Source of the DNA: Gemmatimonadaceae bacterium
Lineage (GTDB): Bacteria > Gemmatimonadota > Gemmatimonadetes > Gemmatimonadales > Gemmatimonadaceae
Length of the DNA stretch: 50,696 nucleotides
Direction of reading: 5' to 3'
NCBI GenBank assembly: GCA_035253695.1
Contig: DATFBS010000064.1
Span: forward strand, 1 to 50,696
Below the pieces are notes generated by a model. It did no database searches, had not been told where the DNA came from, and saw only the letters and a program-made list of their open reading frames with translations. Below are positions 9,135 through 18,545 of the stretch, in pieces. The translations under genes were made by a program, and so were the position numbers. Positions within the stretch are counted from its first letter, which is position 1. Each line of letters opens with the position of its first letter.

Positions 9135-9617
9135 ATGGGAACGCAGTCAGGACACTGCATCTTCTGCGACATCATCAAGGGCGCGGCCGAGGTCTCGGTG
9201 TGCTACGAGGATACCGAGTCGATCGCGTTCATGGACATCCAGCCGGTGAACGCGGGCCACGTTCTTGTCGTGTCGCGGCAACACTTCGAGTCTTTCCTCG
9301 ACTTGCCGAAGAGTCTGGGGACGCACCTGTTCGAGGTGGCAATGCAGCTGGCGCCGGCCATTCGAAAGGTGTCGGGGGCCGACGGCATGAACCTCATCGT
9401 CTCGAGTGGAGCCTCGGCCGGTCAGGATGTGTATCACTTTCACATCCACCTGATCCCCCGGCGGCAGAACGATGGATTCGACGTCCCGCTCCCATTCGCC
9501 AACTCGGAGATGCCCGACCGTACGGTGCTCGACATGATGGCGGCGCGGATCATCAGCGCGTTACGGGATCCCACACGCGCGCGTCCGACGCCCCGTGAGG
9601 CGGCGGCCGTTCCGTGA
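9135..9617 (+). CDS. HIT (histidine triad) family protein
   Basis: HFHIHLIP histidine-triad motif. Zn-finger-like CIFCDI at the N-terminus. SD AGGAGGG 6 nt upstream. Confidence 0.8.
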   Translation: MGTQSGHCIFCDIIKGAAEVSVCYEDTESIAFMDIQPVNAGHVLVVSRQHFESFLDLPKSLGTHLFEVAMQLAPAIRKVSGADGMNLIVSSGASAGQDVYHFHIHLIPRRQNDGFDVPLPFANSEMPDRTVLDMMAARIISALRDPTRARPTPREAAAVP

Positions 9618-9845
9618 CCTTTTTCGGGATGGCACCGTCGAAAATATGAAAGGCGGACGCGCCGCGCCCTTGCGCCCCGACGTTCCGCTCCGCATTCGTA
9701 AGGCGCGCGGTGCTCCACCGTACCCGCGCCGATCAACGACTGGAGGCACATGAGCGTCGATCGACGACCCTCTTCCGACCGAACAGACCGTCGGCCCACC
9801 GTCGTCGTCCTACGCTGGTGCACTCTATCCACCATGCCACATCGC

Positions 9846-9892
9846 CCCGCCCGGGTTCCCCATCCGGCGCGGGGCGACGTGCTTTTCGGCGA
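9846..9892 (+). terminator. GC-rich hairpin (TCGCCCCGCCCGG..CCGGCGCGGGGCGA) followed by CTTTTC; terminator or attenuator-like
   Basis: Inverted repeat read directly. A short T-run follows. It ends ~10 nt before the SD (GAGGTG) of the HNH gene and ~230 nt after the HIT gene. Confidence 0.3.
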
Positions 9893-9898
9893 GGTGCA

Positions 9899-10303
9899 AT
9901 GTCTCGGCACGGCATTCATCGCATCTGCCTTCCCCGCGCCCCGCGTGGCCTTCTCCGGCGGCGCCGTTCCTCCCACCTCCGTCACGTCGATTTCAAGCGA
10001 GCGCTCAAGCGCGCCGTAATGCGCGACTGCGGCCGGCGCTGCGTGTACTGCGGTGCCGGGCTCGAGCATGATCATGCGACCATCGATCACGTGCACCCGC
10101 GCGCGCGGGGAGGCATCACCGCGTACGGGAACCTCGTCGCCGCCTGCGCACCCTGCAATCGACTGAAGGGTGACATGCTGCCGCACGATTTCTTCGTCCG
10201 ATATCCGCTGGCGGGGATGAACTTTCTGTTGTACGCGCGGGTGGTGCATCGCGCCTTGAAGCGCGGCGCGCGACGCGCGGTGAGTCTGGCCCTGGCGGCG
10301 TGA
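9899..10303 (+). CDS. HNH endonuclease domain protein
   Basis: CVYCG...HDHATIDHVHP...GG...NLV.ACAPCNRLKGD matches the HNH C-x2-C/H-N-H/C-x2-C pattern. The start is chosen at the ATG with a GAGGTG SD (9899). The ORF-track start at 9710 is probably an extension and 10019 is an alternative. Confidence 0.55.
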   Translation: MSRHGIHRICLPRAPRGLLRRRRSSHLRHVDFKRALKRAVMRDCGRRCVYCGAGLEHDHATIDHVHPRARGGITAYGNLVAACAPCNRLKGDMLPHDFFVRYPLAGMNFLLYARVVHRALKRGARRAVSLALAA

Positions 10304-10313
10304 AGTAGGAACT

Positions 10314-10434
10314 AGTGGTCAGGGGTCAGGGATCAGGGGGTGTCAGGGAGGAGGTTGAAGGAGAGAACGGCGCGCTGAAGTTCTCTCCTATGACCTATTC
10401 CCTGACACCCCCTGATCCCTGACCCCTGACCACT
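10314..10434. repeat. 37-bp near-perfect inverted repeat of (GGTCAGG/GATCAGGG) units with a nested inner hairpin (GGAGAGAAC...GTTCTCTCC)
   Basis: 10314-10350 is the reverse complement of 10398-10434 with one mismatch. The inner 9-bp stem is at 10361-10389. It lies between convergent HNH and nadE genes. Confidence 0.75.
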
Positions 10435-10446
10435 AACTCCTGGCTC

Positions 10447-12288
10447 TCAATAATCCACCGGCCTTAAGTACGACTCGCCAATCGCATTCGGGCTCACCAT
10501 CGCGACCGTGGGCAACCGGCGCTTCCAGTGCGTACCCTCGAGGCGCTGCCTGACGAGCTCCACTTCCTTGCCCTCGAAGCCGCGCGCCACCAGTTCGGCG
10601 GGCGCGTAGCCGCTGAGCAGCCATTGGAGAATCCGATCGGCTTTCTCATAGGTGATGCCGAGATCCCCCTCGTCCGTCTGACCGTGGATGAGATCAGCCG
10701 TGGCGGGCTTTTCGACGATGGCCTTCGGAACGCCGAGATGGCGCGCCAGCTGCCAGACTTGCGTCTTGAACAGGTCGCCAAGCGGATTCACCGGAGGCGA
10801 GTCGTCGGCGTGCCAGGTGAAATAGCCGAACAGGCGCTCCGTCTTGTTCCCCGTGCCTAACGGAATGGCCTGGTACTTGGACGACAGATCGAAGAGCGCG
10901 ATCATGCGCACGCGCGCCATCACGTTGCCGCGACGGCCCGGGGACGCATCGGACTCGGCGGTGAGATACCCGTCCACCGCCGGGGAGATGTCGAGCGTTC
11001 TTCCCGTGATACCGAGCGCGTCGATGACGAGCTGCGCGTGCTCCAGGCTCTCCCTGCTCGAGGTGCGATAGGGCAGTCGCACACCGATGACGTTTTCGGG
11101 GCCGAGTGCGCGCGCCGCGAGAAAGGCGGTGACGGCGGAGTCGACTCCGCCGGACAGGCCAATGATCCCCTTCGAGAATCCGCGGCGCTTCACTTCCTCC
11201 TCGATGAAGTGCACGAGCCATTTTTCCGTCAGGCCGCCGTCGATGTCGAGCGGCGGTGGCCCGCCCGCCCCTTCGAGCGGCGCGACCTGAACGACCCGCA
11301 GCGGACCGCGCGCGGGCGCCTCGACATCGGGATGCACCAACGCGTGATCCCCGTTCTCACTGGGCGGATCGAAGGCGAGGGGTGGCGCCTCACGAGACTC
11401 CTTCGCGAGCAGGCTTTCCATGAGATGCGGCATCGCCGTGCGGAGATCGGCGAGCAGTGGCATGTCGGCGCGCGCACGGGTGAGGTCGGCGAGGTCGAGG
11501 GGCAGCGTCACCAGCGCTTCATCCCAGAGCGGTGCGCGAGTGCGGACGTCACCCTTCGGGCCCGAAATGAGCGACGCCCCGGAGAAGATCTTTCCCCCCT
11601 CACTCCCGGCGAGGTTCGCGAAGGACACGAAGACGCCATGCTCCTCGGCGATGTCCCGGATGAGACGCTCCCATCGCGCGACACTCGCGGGGCCCGGAAT
11701 CGCGTCTTCACGAGGCCACGCCCCCCGCGCCGGTGCCGCGCTCGAGACGAAAATGACCTGCGCACCATCGAGCGCGGCGAGCGTTCCCGAGAGCGAATGC
11801 CAGGCGTCTTCGCAGACGAGAATCGCCGCGCGTCCCCACGATGTATCGAAGGCGTGAAACTCGTGGCCGCGCTCGACGAACCGCTCCTCATCGAACAGCC
11901 CGTACGTCGGAAGGAACACTTTGCGGTGTACGTGCAGCACATCCGGTCCCTCGGGGCCGAGTGTGACGTACATCGCGCTGTTGAAGAGCGTGTTCTGGAA
12001 GATCTCGTAGAAGCCGACGACGACGTCGAGGCTCGCCAGCCCGTTGGTCGCACCGCGCCACGCGTCCTGCAGGTCGCGCGCGAGCGTTCCCGCGGTGACG
12101 GCGAGATCCCGCACGCCGCCTTCGACGAAGTACCCGGTGAGCGCGGTCTCGGGGAGATGCAACACCTGCGGCCGCGGGCGCATGCCGTTCACCTGCGCGA
12201 ACACTTCGCGGAGCCGCGTCAGATTCGCGGCGTAGTCGCCCTTCGCGGGCTTGATCTGAGCAAGGGCGAGGTGAACGAGGGGGGGCAT
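10447..12288 (-). CDS. nadE: glutamine-dependent NAD+ synthetase (N-terminal CN-hydrolase domain and C-terminal NAD synthetase domain)
   Basis: Nitrilase-superfamily region (ILVCEDAWH). ATP-pyrophosphatase region with SGGVDSAV P-loop and GTGNKTE..FGYFT motifs. 613 aa. Confidence 0.85.
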   Translation of the reverse strand: MPPLVHLALAQIKPAKGDYAANLTRLREVFAQVNGMRPRPQVLHLPETALTGYFVEGGVRDLAVTAGTLARDLQDAWRGATNGLASLDVVVGFYEIFQNTLFNSAMYVTLGPEGPDVLHVHRKVFLPTYGLFDEERFVERGHEFHAFDTSWGRAAILVCEDAWHSLSGTLAALDGAQVIFVSSAAPARGAWPREDAIPGPASVARWERLIRDIAEEHGVFVSFANLAGSEGGKIFSGASLISGPKGDVRTRAPLWDEALVTLPLDLADLTRARADMPLLADLRTAMPHLMESLLAKESREAPPLAFDPPSENGDHALVHPDVEAPARGPLRVVQVAPLEGAGGPPPLDIDGGLTEKWLVHFIEEEVKRRGFSKGIIGLSGGVDSAVTAFLAARALGPENVIGVRLPYRTSSRESLEHAQLVIDALGITGRTLDISPAVDGYLTAESDASPGRRGNVMARVRMIALFDLSSKYQAIPLGTGNKTERLFGYFTWHADDSPPVNPLGDLFKTQVWQLARHLGVPKAIVEKPATADLIHGQTDEGDLGITYEKADRILQWLLSGYAPAELVARGFEGKEVELVRQRLEGTHWKRRLPTVAMVSPNAIGESYLRPVDY

Positions 12289-12424
12289 CGCCTTAAAGAT
12301 GGTCGAGATCGGCGTTGGAGGCCAGCTTTCGGGTCTAACGCCAAAGACGTCCCAATGTCGGAATACGGAGTTCAGAACTCAGACATAACGATGGGACCCG
12401 CAATCCCCGGTGTCGACGCCGCGG

Positions 12425-13888
12425 TCACCTCGTGATGAACGGAGGAGGCTTGATCGCATTCACGCATTGAGTATCTACGCCTGTCAGGCCACCCCGCCTG
12501 ATGAACTCCACGACGATCGCTTCGACGCATTTCTCCGCCCCTGCGTGTGCCATGCCCGGCACCGTGATCACGGTCGCGTTAGGCACGGCGCTGGCGACCG
12601 CGGCAGCGAGCCGAGGTGGCGTCACCGGGTCCAGCGCTCCGGAGATGACGAGGACGGAAAGGGGGCGCGTGGCGACCGGTTCGACGCCGGGCGGCCTCGC
12701 ATGCGGCCACACGGCACACGCCTCCTGGTACATCCGCAGGCGATAGTCCCCAAGGAAGGTCGCGTGTCCGTGTCCCGGCGGACGCGCTTCCATCGCATCC
12801 CTGGGAAGCCTGCTATCGACGCAGGCCACACTCAGGTGCGCGCCGACATCGAGCTGATCGAACACCACTCGGCTGAGCTCGTACGCCACTCTCACGAACG
12901 GAGTCCAGTCTCCGCCGTGAGCGGCATGAACGACTATCGGAATGCGACGGGACAGGCGCGTCGAGTAAAGCATGAGTCGGAGGCGATCGGCGAAGACGCC
13001 GCGTGTCAGACTCACGGTGATGCTGTCGCGGGAGCGCGGATGCTCCACGCGCAACGACATCGGTCCGCGGTCGAACCGCTCGAGCAGCGCATTCAGCTCG
13101 CTTCGTAAGCGCGGAAACGAGCCTCGACAGAATGGATCGGCTGCGCAATCCAGCATGACACGCTCGAGTGCCGCTTGTGCGTCACCCGCGGCCGAGCGTG
13201 GAAGCGACGCGCCGAGCGGCATGGCACCCTGCAGCACGACGGTCCGGAGACGGTCCGCGTGCCTTCCCAAGTAGTCCAGGGCGACCTGCGTGCCGTAGGC
13301 GCTGGCATCGAGATCGATCGAGGAAAAGCCGAGCGCGCTTCGCACTGCTTCGAGATCGGCGGCGGCATTGGCGGTCGTGTACTGCGTCAGGTCGGCACGG
13401 CGGGAGAGGCGCAACGCGCACGCCCGGACTGAATCGGAGGGGAATTGGTCGCCGAGGTACGCGCCGACGTCGCCGGCCGTTCCGTAGAACTCGCAGCGCA
13501 ACGCATTCGAGGCCCCGGTTCCGCGCTGATCGACGAGCACGATGTCGTGCGTCGCCCGCGTCGTCGAATGCGAAGCGGCAACCAGGTCGGCGAGCGGTGT
13601 GGCCGCCAAGCCGGGGCCACCGACCAGATAAAACAACGCCTGCCGCGGGGCGTTCGCGGGAGCACGCGAGGGCAGAATGACGATCCGAAGCGGTATCGTG
13701 CGGCCACCCGTGATCGCCCGGTTCTCGGGGACCTCGAGGGTGGCGCAGCGGACCTGTTCGTCGAGCCCGGGTACGCGACAGGGACTGGACGACAGCGCTG
13801 GCTGGGCGAATCCGACTCTTACCGCACAGACTCCGAGTCCGGCCAATGTTGCCGCCCAGCCGGCGTGCCGCGTTAGCATGGTCATCAC
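12425..13888 (-). CDS. secreted alpha/beta hydrolase (proline iminopeptidase/TAP-like S33 family)
   Basis: Signal peptide. GGPG oxyanion motif (FYLVGGPGLAA). Nucleophile elbow-like SAYGTQVA. C-terminal TAP-like region. Confidence 0.65.
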   Translation of the reverse strand: MMTMLTRHAGWAATLAGLGVCAVRVGFAQPALSSSPCRVPGLDEQVRCATLEVPENRAITGGRTIPLRIVILPSRAPANAPRQALFYLVGGPGLAATPLADLVAASHSTTRATHDIVLVDQRGTGASNALRCEFYGTAGDVGAYLGDQFPSDSVRACALRLSRRADLTQYTTANAAADLEAVRSALGFSSIDLDASAYGTQVALDYLGRHADRLRTVVLQGAMPLGASLPRSAAGDAQAALERVMLDCAADPFCRGSFPRLRSELNALLERFDRGPMSLRVEHPRSRDSITVSLTRGVFADRLRLMLYSTRLSRRIPIVVHAAHGGDWTPFVRVAYELSRVVFDQLDVGAHLSVACVDSRLPRDAMEARPPGHGHATFLGDYRLRMYQEACAVWPHARPPGVEPVATRPLSVLVISGALDPVTPPRLAAAVASAVPNATVITVPGMAHAGAEKCVEAIVVEFIRRGGLTGVDTQCVNAIKPPPFITR

Positions 13889-13978
13889 TCAATCCTCGCC
13901 GCGCGTGTCGATCGTCACAAGCTATGAGCCGTACGTGCTGATACCATTCGGGTCCCTTCGGGGTATTTTTCTGGACGT

Positions 13979-16024
13979 ATGAATCGCTCGATCAGTCCTC
14001 GCCTCCTTCTCGTCACAGCGCTGTTCGCGCTCCCGGCGCTTTCAACGCCGTTGCTGTCCGCGCCTGTGCTGCTTGCACAGGAGACGGAAAGCTCCGAGCC
14101 GTGGCGTCTCATTCAGCCGCCGCAGTCCTCGCTCGTCGTTGCGCGTGATGGCTCGCTCATCGGTGAGATCGGGAAGGAGTGGCGCACATCCGTATCCATC
14201 AAGTCGCTGCCGAGGTACGTACCGCAGGCGTTCGTCGCCATCGAGGATCACCGCTTCTACGAGCACGGTGGCGTCGACGTCATCGGGATCGCCGGCGCGA
14301 TCAAGGATGCGGTCACCGGCTCACCGCGCGGCGCGAGCACGATCACGCAGCAGCTCGTCGGGAACATGCATCCGGAGGAGATCGATCGCCGCGATCGGTC
14401 GCTCAGCCGCAAGGTTCGCGAGCAGCGCGCCGCGATCGAGATGGAGAAGCGCTATTCGAAGGATGAGATCCTCGAGGCGTACCTGAATCAAATCGCGTTC
14501 GGCCACGGCTGGTACGGCATCGAGGCGGCGGCACGGCACTACTTCGGGAAAAGCGCGGCGCGTCTGACGCTCGAAGAAGCGGCCACGCTGGCGGCGCTTC
14601 CGAAGGGGCCGGCCATCTACGATCCCATTCGTCATCCCGACCGCGCGAAGAGCCGTCGCGATGAAGTACTCGGGCGAATGGCGGCCAACGGATTCATCAC
14701 CCGCGCGCAGGCGGATGCGGCGAAGAAGCGCCCCCTCGTCGTTGCGCCCAACATGGGGATGTCGGCACCGTCGCCGTACTTCGTGGATGTCGTTAGGTCT
14801 CAGGCGGAGCGCGCCGGGGTACCGGTGATGAATGGGGGATACCGGATCGTCACGACGCTCGATGCCGCGTTGCAGAACGCCGCCGTCGAAGCGCTGACGG
14901 AGGGCACGCGTCGCGTCGAGGGGCTACCAGGATACGGGCAGCCGACCTATGCGAAGCGTGCGCGCGGCCAGCTCGACTATTTGCAGGGCATGGTCGTGTC
15001 GCTGGACGCTCTCACCGGAGAGGTTCGTGCGCTCGTCGGCGGACGTGATTACGCCGAGTCGCCGTTCAATCGAGCGGTCAACGGTGTTCGTCAGCCGGGA
15101 TCGGCGTTCAAGCCGATCGTCTATGCGGCAGCCGTCACCGACAGCATGCCGGCGAACGCGATCGTTCCCGATACCGCGATCGCGATTCCCTTGCCGGACG
15201 GTACGATGTACGAGCCAGGGAACGCCGACGATGAGTTCCTCGGGCCCATCACTGTTCGCGAGGCGCTGGTGCGCTCGCGCAATCCCGTCGCCGTGCAACT
15301 CGGGCTGTTGGTGGGAATGGATTCGGTCGCGTCCTTCGCGCGCCGTATGGGCATCGAGTCGCAGATCGTGCCCGTGCCATCGTCGGCGATCGGGGCCTCG
15401 TCGCTGCGCCCCATCGAACTCGTCGCCGCGTATTCGGCGTTCGCCACGTTAGGTGTGGCGGTCGAGCCGCGCTACATCACGCGCATCGAGGATCGCACCG
15501 GTCGCCCCGTGTGGACGCCGGAGCCGAAGCCGCCCGCCCTCGCGATCGATCCGCGGGTCGCCTTCATCGTGCGCGACATCATGCGGGAAGCCGTGGAGCG
15601 GGGAACGGGCTCATGGGTCCGAAGGCTGGTCGACCCGCGGGTTCCCGTGGCGGGGAAAACGGGCACGACGAACGACAACACCGACGTGTGGTTCGTCGGG
15701 ATGACGCCGGAGCTGGTCGCGGGGGTATGGCTCGGATTCGACCGTCCGCGGCCGATCGCCCGCGGCGCGGGAGGCGGGACGTACGCGGCCCCCATCTTCG
15801 GTCAGATGATCGCGAAATACTACGAGGGCAGAGCGGTCGGTACGTGGACGCCGCCAGCGGGTCTCGTGTCGGCCGAGCTCGATCGCGCAACCGGCCTGCT
15901 CGCCGACGCGTTCACGCCGGATGAGCGCCGCTATACGGAGTACTTTCTCGAGGGGACGGAGCCGATCGAGCTGCGGCCGACTCCGTGGATGATATTCCAG
16001 TACGGGCCACTGGGTGGTGCTTGA
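13979..16024 (+). CDS. class A penicillin-binding protein (bifunctional GT51 transglycosylase/transpeptidase, PBP1A type)
   Basis: GT51 motifs (EDHRFYEHGGVD, GASTITQQL, RKVRE, KDEILEAYLN). Transpeptidase motifs (SAFKP, SRN, KTGTT). Confidence 0.85.
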   Translation: MNRSISPRLLLVTALFALPALSTPLLSAPVLLAQETESSEPWRLIQPPQSSLVVARDGSLIGEIGKEWRTSVSIKSLPRYVPQAFVAIEDHRFYEHGGVDVIGIAGAIKDAVTGSPRGASTITQQLVGNMHPEEIDRRDRSLSRKVREQRAAIEMEKRYSKDEILEAYLNQIAFGHGWYGIEAAARHYFGKSAARLTLEEAATLAALPKGPAIYDPIRHPDRAKSRRDEVLGRMAANGFITRAQADAAKKRPLVVAPNMGMSAPSPYFVDVVRSQAERAGVPVMNGGYRIVTTLDAALQNAAVEALTEGTRRVEGLPGYGQPTYAKRARGQLDYLQGMVVSLDALTGEVRALVGGRDYAESPFNRAVNGVRQPGSAFKPIVYAAAVTDSMPANAIVPDTAIAIPLPDGTMYEPGNADDEFLGPITVREALVRSRNPVAVQLGLLVGMDSVASFARRMGIESQIVPVPSSAIGASSLRPIELVAAYSAFATLGVAVEPRYITRIEDRTGRPVWTPEPKPPALAIDPRVAFIVRDIMREAVERGTGSWVRRLVDPRVPVAGKTGTTNDNTDVWFVGMTPELVAGVWLGFDRPRPIARGAGGGTYAAPIFGQMIAKYYEGRAVGTWTPPAGLVSAELDRATGLLADAFTPDERRYTEYFLEGTEPIELRPTPWMIFQYGPLGGA

Positions 16025-16041
16025 GATCGTTTAGCTAAACT

Positions 16042-16154
16042 TCCGAAGACGTCGGACATCAGACGTCAGAGTTCAGATGTCAGAAACCGAAACCGCACTA
16101 GGCAACGAGGTGTCTGACGTCTGACCACTGACGTCTGATGTCTGAGGTCTTCGG
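16042..16154. repeat. imperfect palindrome built from GACGTCAGA-type units (~42-bp arms)
   Basis: 16042-16083 is approximately the reverse complement of 16111-16154. It sits directly after the PBP gene and overlaps the ORF-track start of the next gene. Confidence 0.6.
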
Positions 16155-16181
16155 ATGTGTCTCTTCTCGCAAACCATCGCA

Positions 16182-16934
16182 ATGCGAAACGTCCTCCTGT
16201 TCTCGCTGCTCGTGTCGGGCTGCGCAACGCAGCCGGCCCCGACTCCAGCCCCGGCCACTCCGTCGATCACCACCGCCGAGCAGCTCGTCAGCGCGATGCA
16301 CGACCGGTACGCCGGCAAATGGTATCCGACGCTCGCCTTCGTGCAGAAGAACACCCGCTACCTGCCGCAAGGGGGCACCGACACGTCGACGTGGAGCGAG
16401 GTGCTGAGCTTCCCCGGCAAGCTGCGGATCGACGTCGAGCCGCGGGCCAACGGCAACGGCAACATCTACCGCAACGACACGGTCTACGTCTTCAACAATG
16501 GGCGACTCGTCAGGCAGGCGCGTGCGCCGCATCCCCTCCTGCTGCTGGGCTTCGATGTGTACTTCCTGCCCGTCGACCGTGCGATCGCCGGTCTGCGCGA
16601 GATCGGCTTCAATCTCGCGCGGATGCACGAATCGACCTGGCAGGGACGTCCCGCATACGTGGTCGGCGCGGTCGCTGGGGATCTCCGGTCACGGCAGTTC
16701 TGGATCGATCGCGATCGCCTCGTGTTTGTGCGGATGATCGAACCGTCACGCCGCGATACGACGAAGACGTCGGAGATCCGCTTCAACCGGTATTACCAGG
16801 TGGGCGACGCCTGGCTCTCTCCGGAAGTGGAGTTCCTCACCGACGGCACCCGCGATTTTCTCGAGGAGTACACGCAGATCAAGACGGGCGTGCCGGTCGA
16901 GGCTTCCGTGTTTGATCCGGGGAAATGGAGATGA
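16182..16934 (+). CDS. hypothetical lipoprotein
   Basis: The likely start is MRNVLLFSLLVSGCATQ (lipobox). The 9 upstream codons in the ORF track overlap the palindrome arm. Confidence 0.5.
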   Translation: MRNVLLFSLLVSGCATQPAPTPAPATPSITTAEQLVSAMHDRYAGKWYPTLAFVQKNTRYLPQGGTDTSTWSEVLSFPGKLRIDVEPRANGNGNIYRNDTVYVFNNGRLVRQARAPHPLLLLGFDVYFLPVDRAIAGLREIGFNLARMHESTWQGRPAYVVGAVAGDLRSRQFWIDRDRLVFVRMIEPSRRDTTKTSEIRFNRYYQVGDAWLSPEVEFLTDGTRDFLEEYTQIKTGVPVEASVFDPGKWR

Positions 16935-16947
16935 CCCTGAGGTAGTC

Positions 16948-18084
16948 CTACCTCGGGTCGTCCCCGGGCTTCCTCCCGACGAAATGGAACCCGACGAGTC
17001 GATGATGCTCGTATCCCGCGAGGATCGCTCGCTTCTTGTCGCGCGGGTCGAACCGTTGAACGCCAAGTACCTGCGACACGATCGGGATGGACGCGAGGGC
17101 CTCCTGAAAGACGGTCGTGACTTCCAGGTCGATGAGTCCCTTCACCTTCGGGCTTCGTGACAGGCGGAGCACTGATCGCCGAATCTGAAACGTGTTGGGG
17201 TCGAGAAAGATCGATCCGTTCACGTCGGGATTCTCGATCTTGGCCCACGCGTAGAGGTCGATGCGAAGGAGGTCCGTTCCATCGACATGATCGAGTCCGC
17301 CATCGACGAAGCAGTGGTTGTCGAGAAAGAGCGGATCGGCGAAGTCGAGCAGCGTTGGAATATTGAAGAACACCTCTCCACGTTGACGGCGAGTGGGACG
17401 CGTCAGGATCCGCCCGGGCCGATACCGCCAGGGCGGCTTACTTGCGACTACCACCGTGTCGATATCGTCGATGCGGGTTTCGCCGTCCCGCAGCTCGCTG
17501 CTGACGATCAACTCCTGCGAGTAGACAAACGGATATCGCTCCGACAGGAGACGGTATTGCTCTCCGTTCATCTGCAGCTGCGTGAGGAGCGTCAGGAGCG
17601 AAGAGTCCGTCACCGCGCGGAGTCCGGGTGTCGTACACGAGGGATTCGCGCGAACCTGCACGGGAGCGAGCTTCAGAGCCACGCGCGTGAGCTCGATCCG
17701 TAGGGAATCCTGTGCTCCCGCCCGCACGGTGAGCATCAGATCCTTTGGCGCATAGCCGAGCCGGCGGATGTGAAGCGCGAACGATCCCGGCGGGAGCGCG
17801 CGCAGCACGAACGTGCCGCTGTCGTTGGCGAAGCGGTGGATCTCCAGCGACGGCACCGCGATCACGCTATGCGCGAGCGGCTCTCCACTCTCGCGCGCGA
17901 CGACGATGCCGACGACGCTGCCTTGCGCCGAGAGAGATGCTGGAAGAAGGGTGCTCAGGGTCCTCAGGGTCCTCAGGGTCCTCAGGGTGCGAGGTGCTCG
18001 GGGTTTTCGCACCCTGAGGACCCTGAGGACCCTGAGGACCCTGAGGACCCTGAGCACCCTGAGCACCTCTGCTCTACTTGGCAT
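16948..18084 (-). CDS. CarboxypepD_reg-like domain protein; N-terminal region encoded by a repeat element (possibly disrupted signal peptide)
   Basis: Mature-like region ASLSAQGSVVGIVVARESGEP...RRLGYAP is paralogous to the N-terminal domains of genes 4615-5760 and 42760-45843. The ORF from ATG 18084 reads through the 9-mer palindrome as MPSRAE(VLR)5...(TLR)4. That ATG overlaps the stop of the upstream cupin gene by 11 nt. True start and secretion status are uncertain. Confidence 0.5.
   Translation of the reverse strand: MPSRAEVLRVLRVLRVLRVLRVLRVRKPRAPRTLRTLRTLRTLSTLLPASLSAQGSVVGIVVARESGEPLAHSVIAVPSLEIHRFANDSGTFVLRALPPGSFALHIRRLGYAPKDLMLTVRAGAQDSLRIELTRVALKLAPVQVRANPSCTTPGLRAVTDSSLLTLLTQLQMNGEQYRLLSERYPFVYSQELIVSSELRDGETRIDDIDTVVVASKPPWRYRPGRILTRPTRRQRGEVFFNIPTLLDFADPLFLDNHCFVDGGLDHVDGTDLLRIDLYAWAKIENPDVNGSIFLDPNTFQIRRSVLRLSRSPKVKGLIDLEVTTVFQEALASIPIVSQVLGVQRFDPRDKKRAILAGYEHHRLVGFHFVGRKPGDDPR
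17947..18058. repeat. palindromic element of tandem GGGTCCTCA / TGAGGACCC units (~45-bp stem), second copy of the family at 4501-4617
   Basis: Near-perfect palindrome centred at ~18003. The loop GGGTGCGAGGTGCTCGGGGTTTTCGCACCC is homologous to the loop of the 4501 element. Confidence 0.75.
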
Positions 18085-18445
18085 ACCTCCCAGCCCCGAG
18101 AAAATGCAACGACACGTACAGCTCGTTCCCTACCACCCAGCTGTCGTGCGGGTCGGCCGGAACGTGGAATAGAGTTCCCGGCACCAGGTCGTGCACCTTT
18201 CCGTCGGCGAACTCCACCGTCGCGTGCCCAGACAGGACGAGACCAATGTGCTCTACATCACACCGCTCCTTGCCGACCGTTGGACCGACGTGCACCGACC
18301 AGCGCCAACCAGGCTCGTACGTCGCCCGGCCAATGGTCATCCCGCCCATCGAGACGAGCTCGAAGCGGCCCTTCTCGAAGTGACGCACTTCATCGGGCGT
18401 TTCGAAGCGCTTTAGAATCAGCTCGTACATCACGGACCTTAGCAA
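18074..18445 (-). CDS. cupin domain protein
   Basis: Small β-barrel cupin pattern (G..H.H....E..YVL.G......G). 123 aa. The start may be the internal MYELIL. Confidence 0.6.
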   Translation of the reverse strand: MLRSVMYELILKRFETPDEVRHFEKGRFELVSMGGMTIGRATYEPGWRWSVHVGPTVGKERCDVEHIGLVLSGHATVEFADGKVHDLVPGTLFHVPADPHDSWVVGNELYVSLHFLGAGRYAK

Positions 18446-18545
18446 AGGTGGATGGCGCTGGACTACATCTGGCGGTTACAGCACGGGACTTGCCTTTTGA
18501 ACGGGCAAGGAAACGAAAAGTCTGCCCGTCAGAGAGGATGAGACC

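Noticed and set aside
9618-9898. Possible tRNA or small RNA gene in the 280-bp HIT-HNH spacer
   Set aside because: No T-loop consensus (GGTTCRANYCC) and no cloverleaf-compatible stems. The only strong structure is the GC hairpin reported as a terminator-like feature.
9440-10249. 269-aa minus-strand ORF spanning the HIT-HNH region
   Set aside because: It overlaps two plus-strand genes that have strong family motifs and SD sequences. Its own sequence is low-complexity with no start context.
11038-12435. 465-aa ORF on the plus strand
   Set aside because: Completely antisense to the well-supported nadE gene. The protein is Arg/Gly/Asp-rich low-complexity sequence typical of GC-rich alternative frames.
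16155-16181. Upstream ATG start (MCLFSQTIA) for the lipoprotein gene
   Set aside because: It overlaps the right arm of the 16042-16154 palindrome. The downstream Met gives a canonical lipoprotein signal (MRNVLLFSLLVSGCA).
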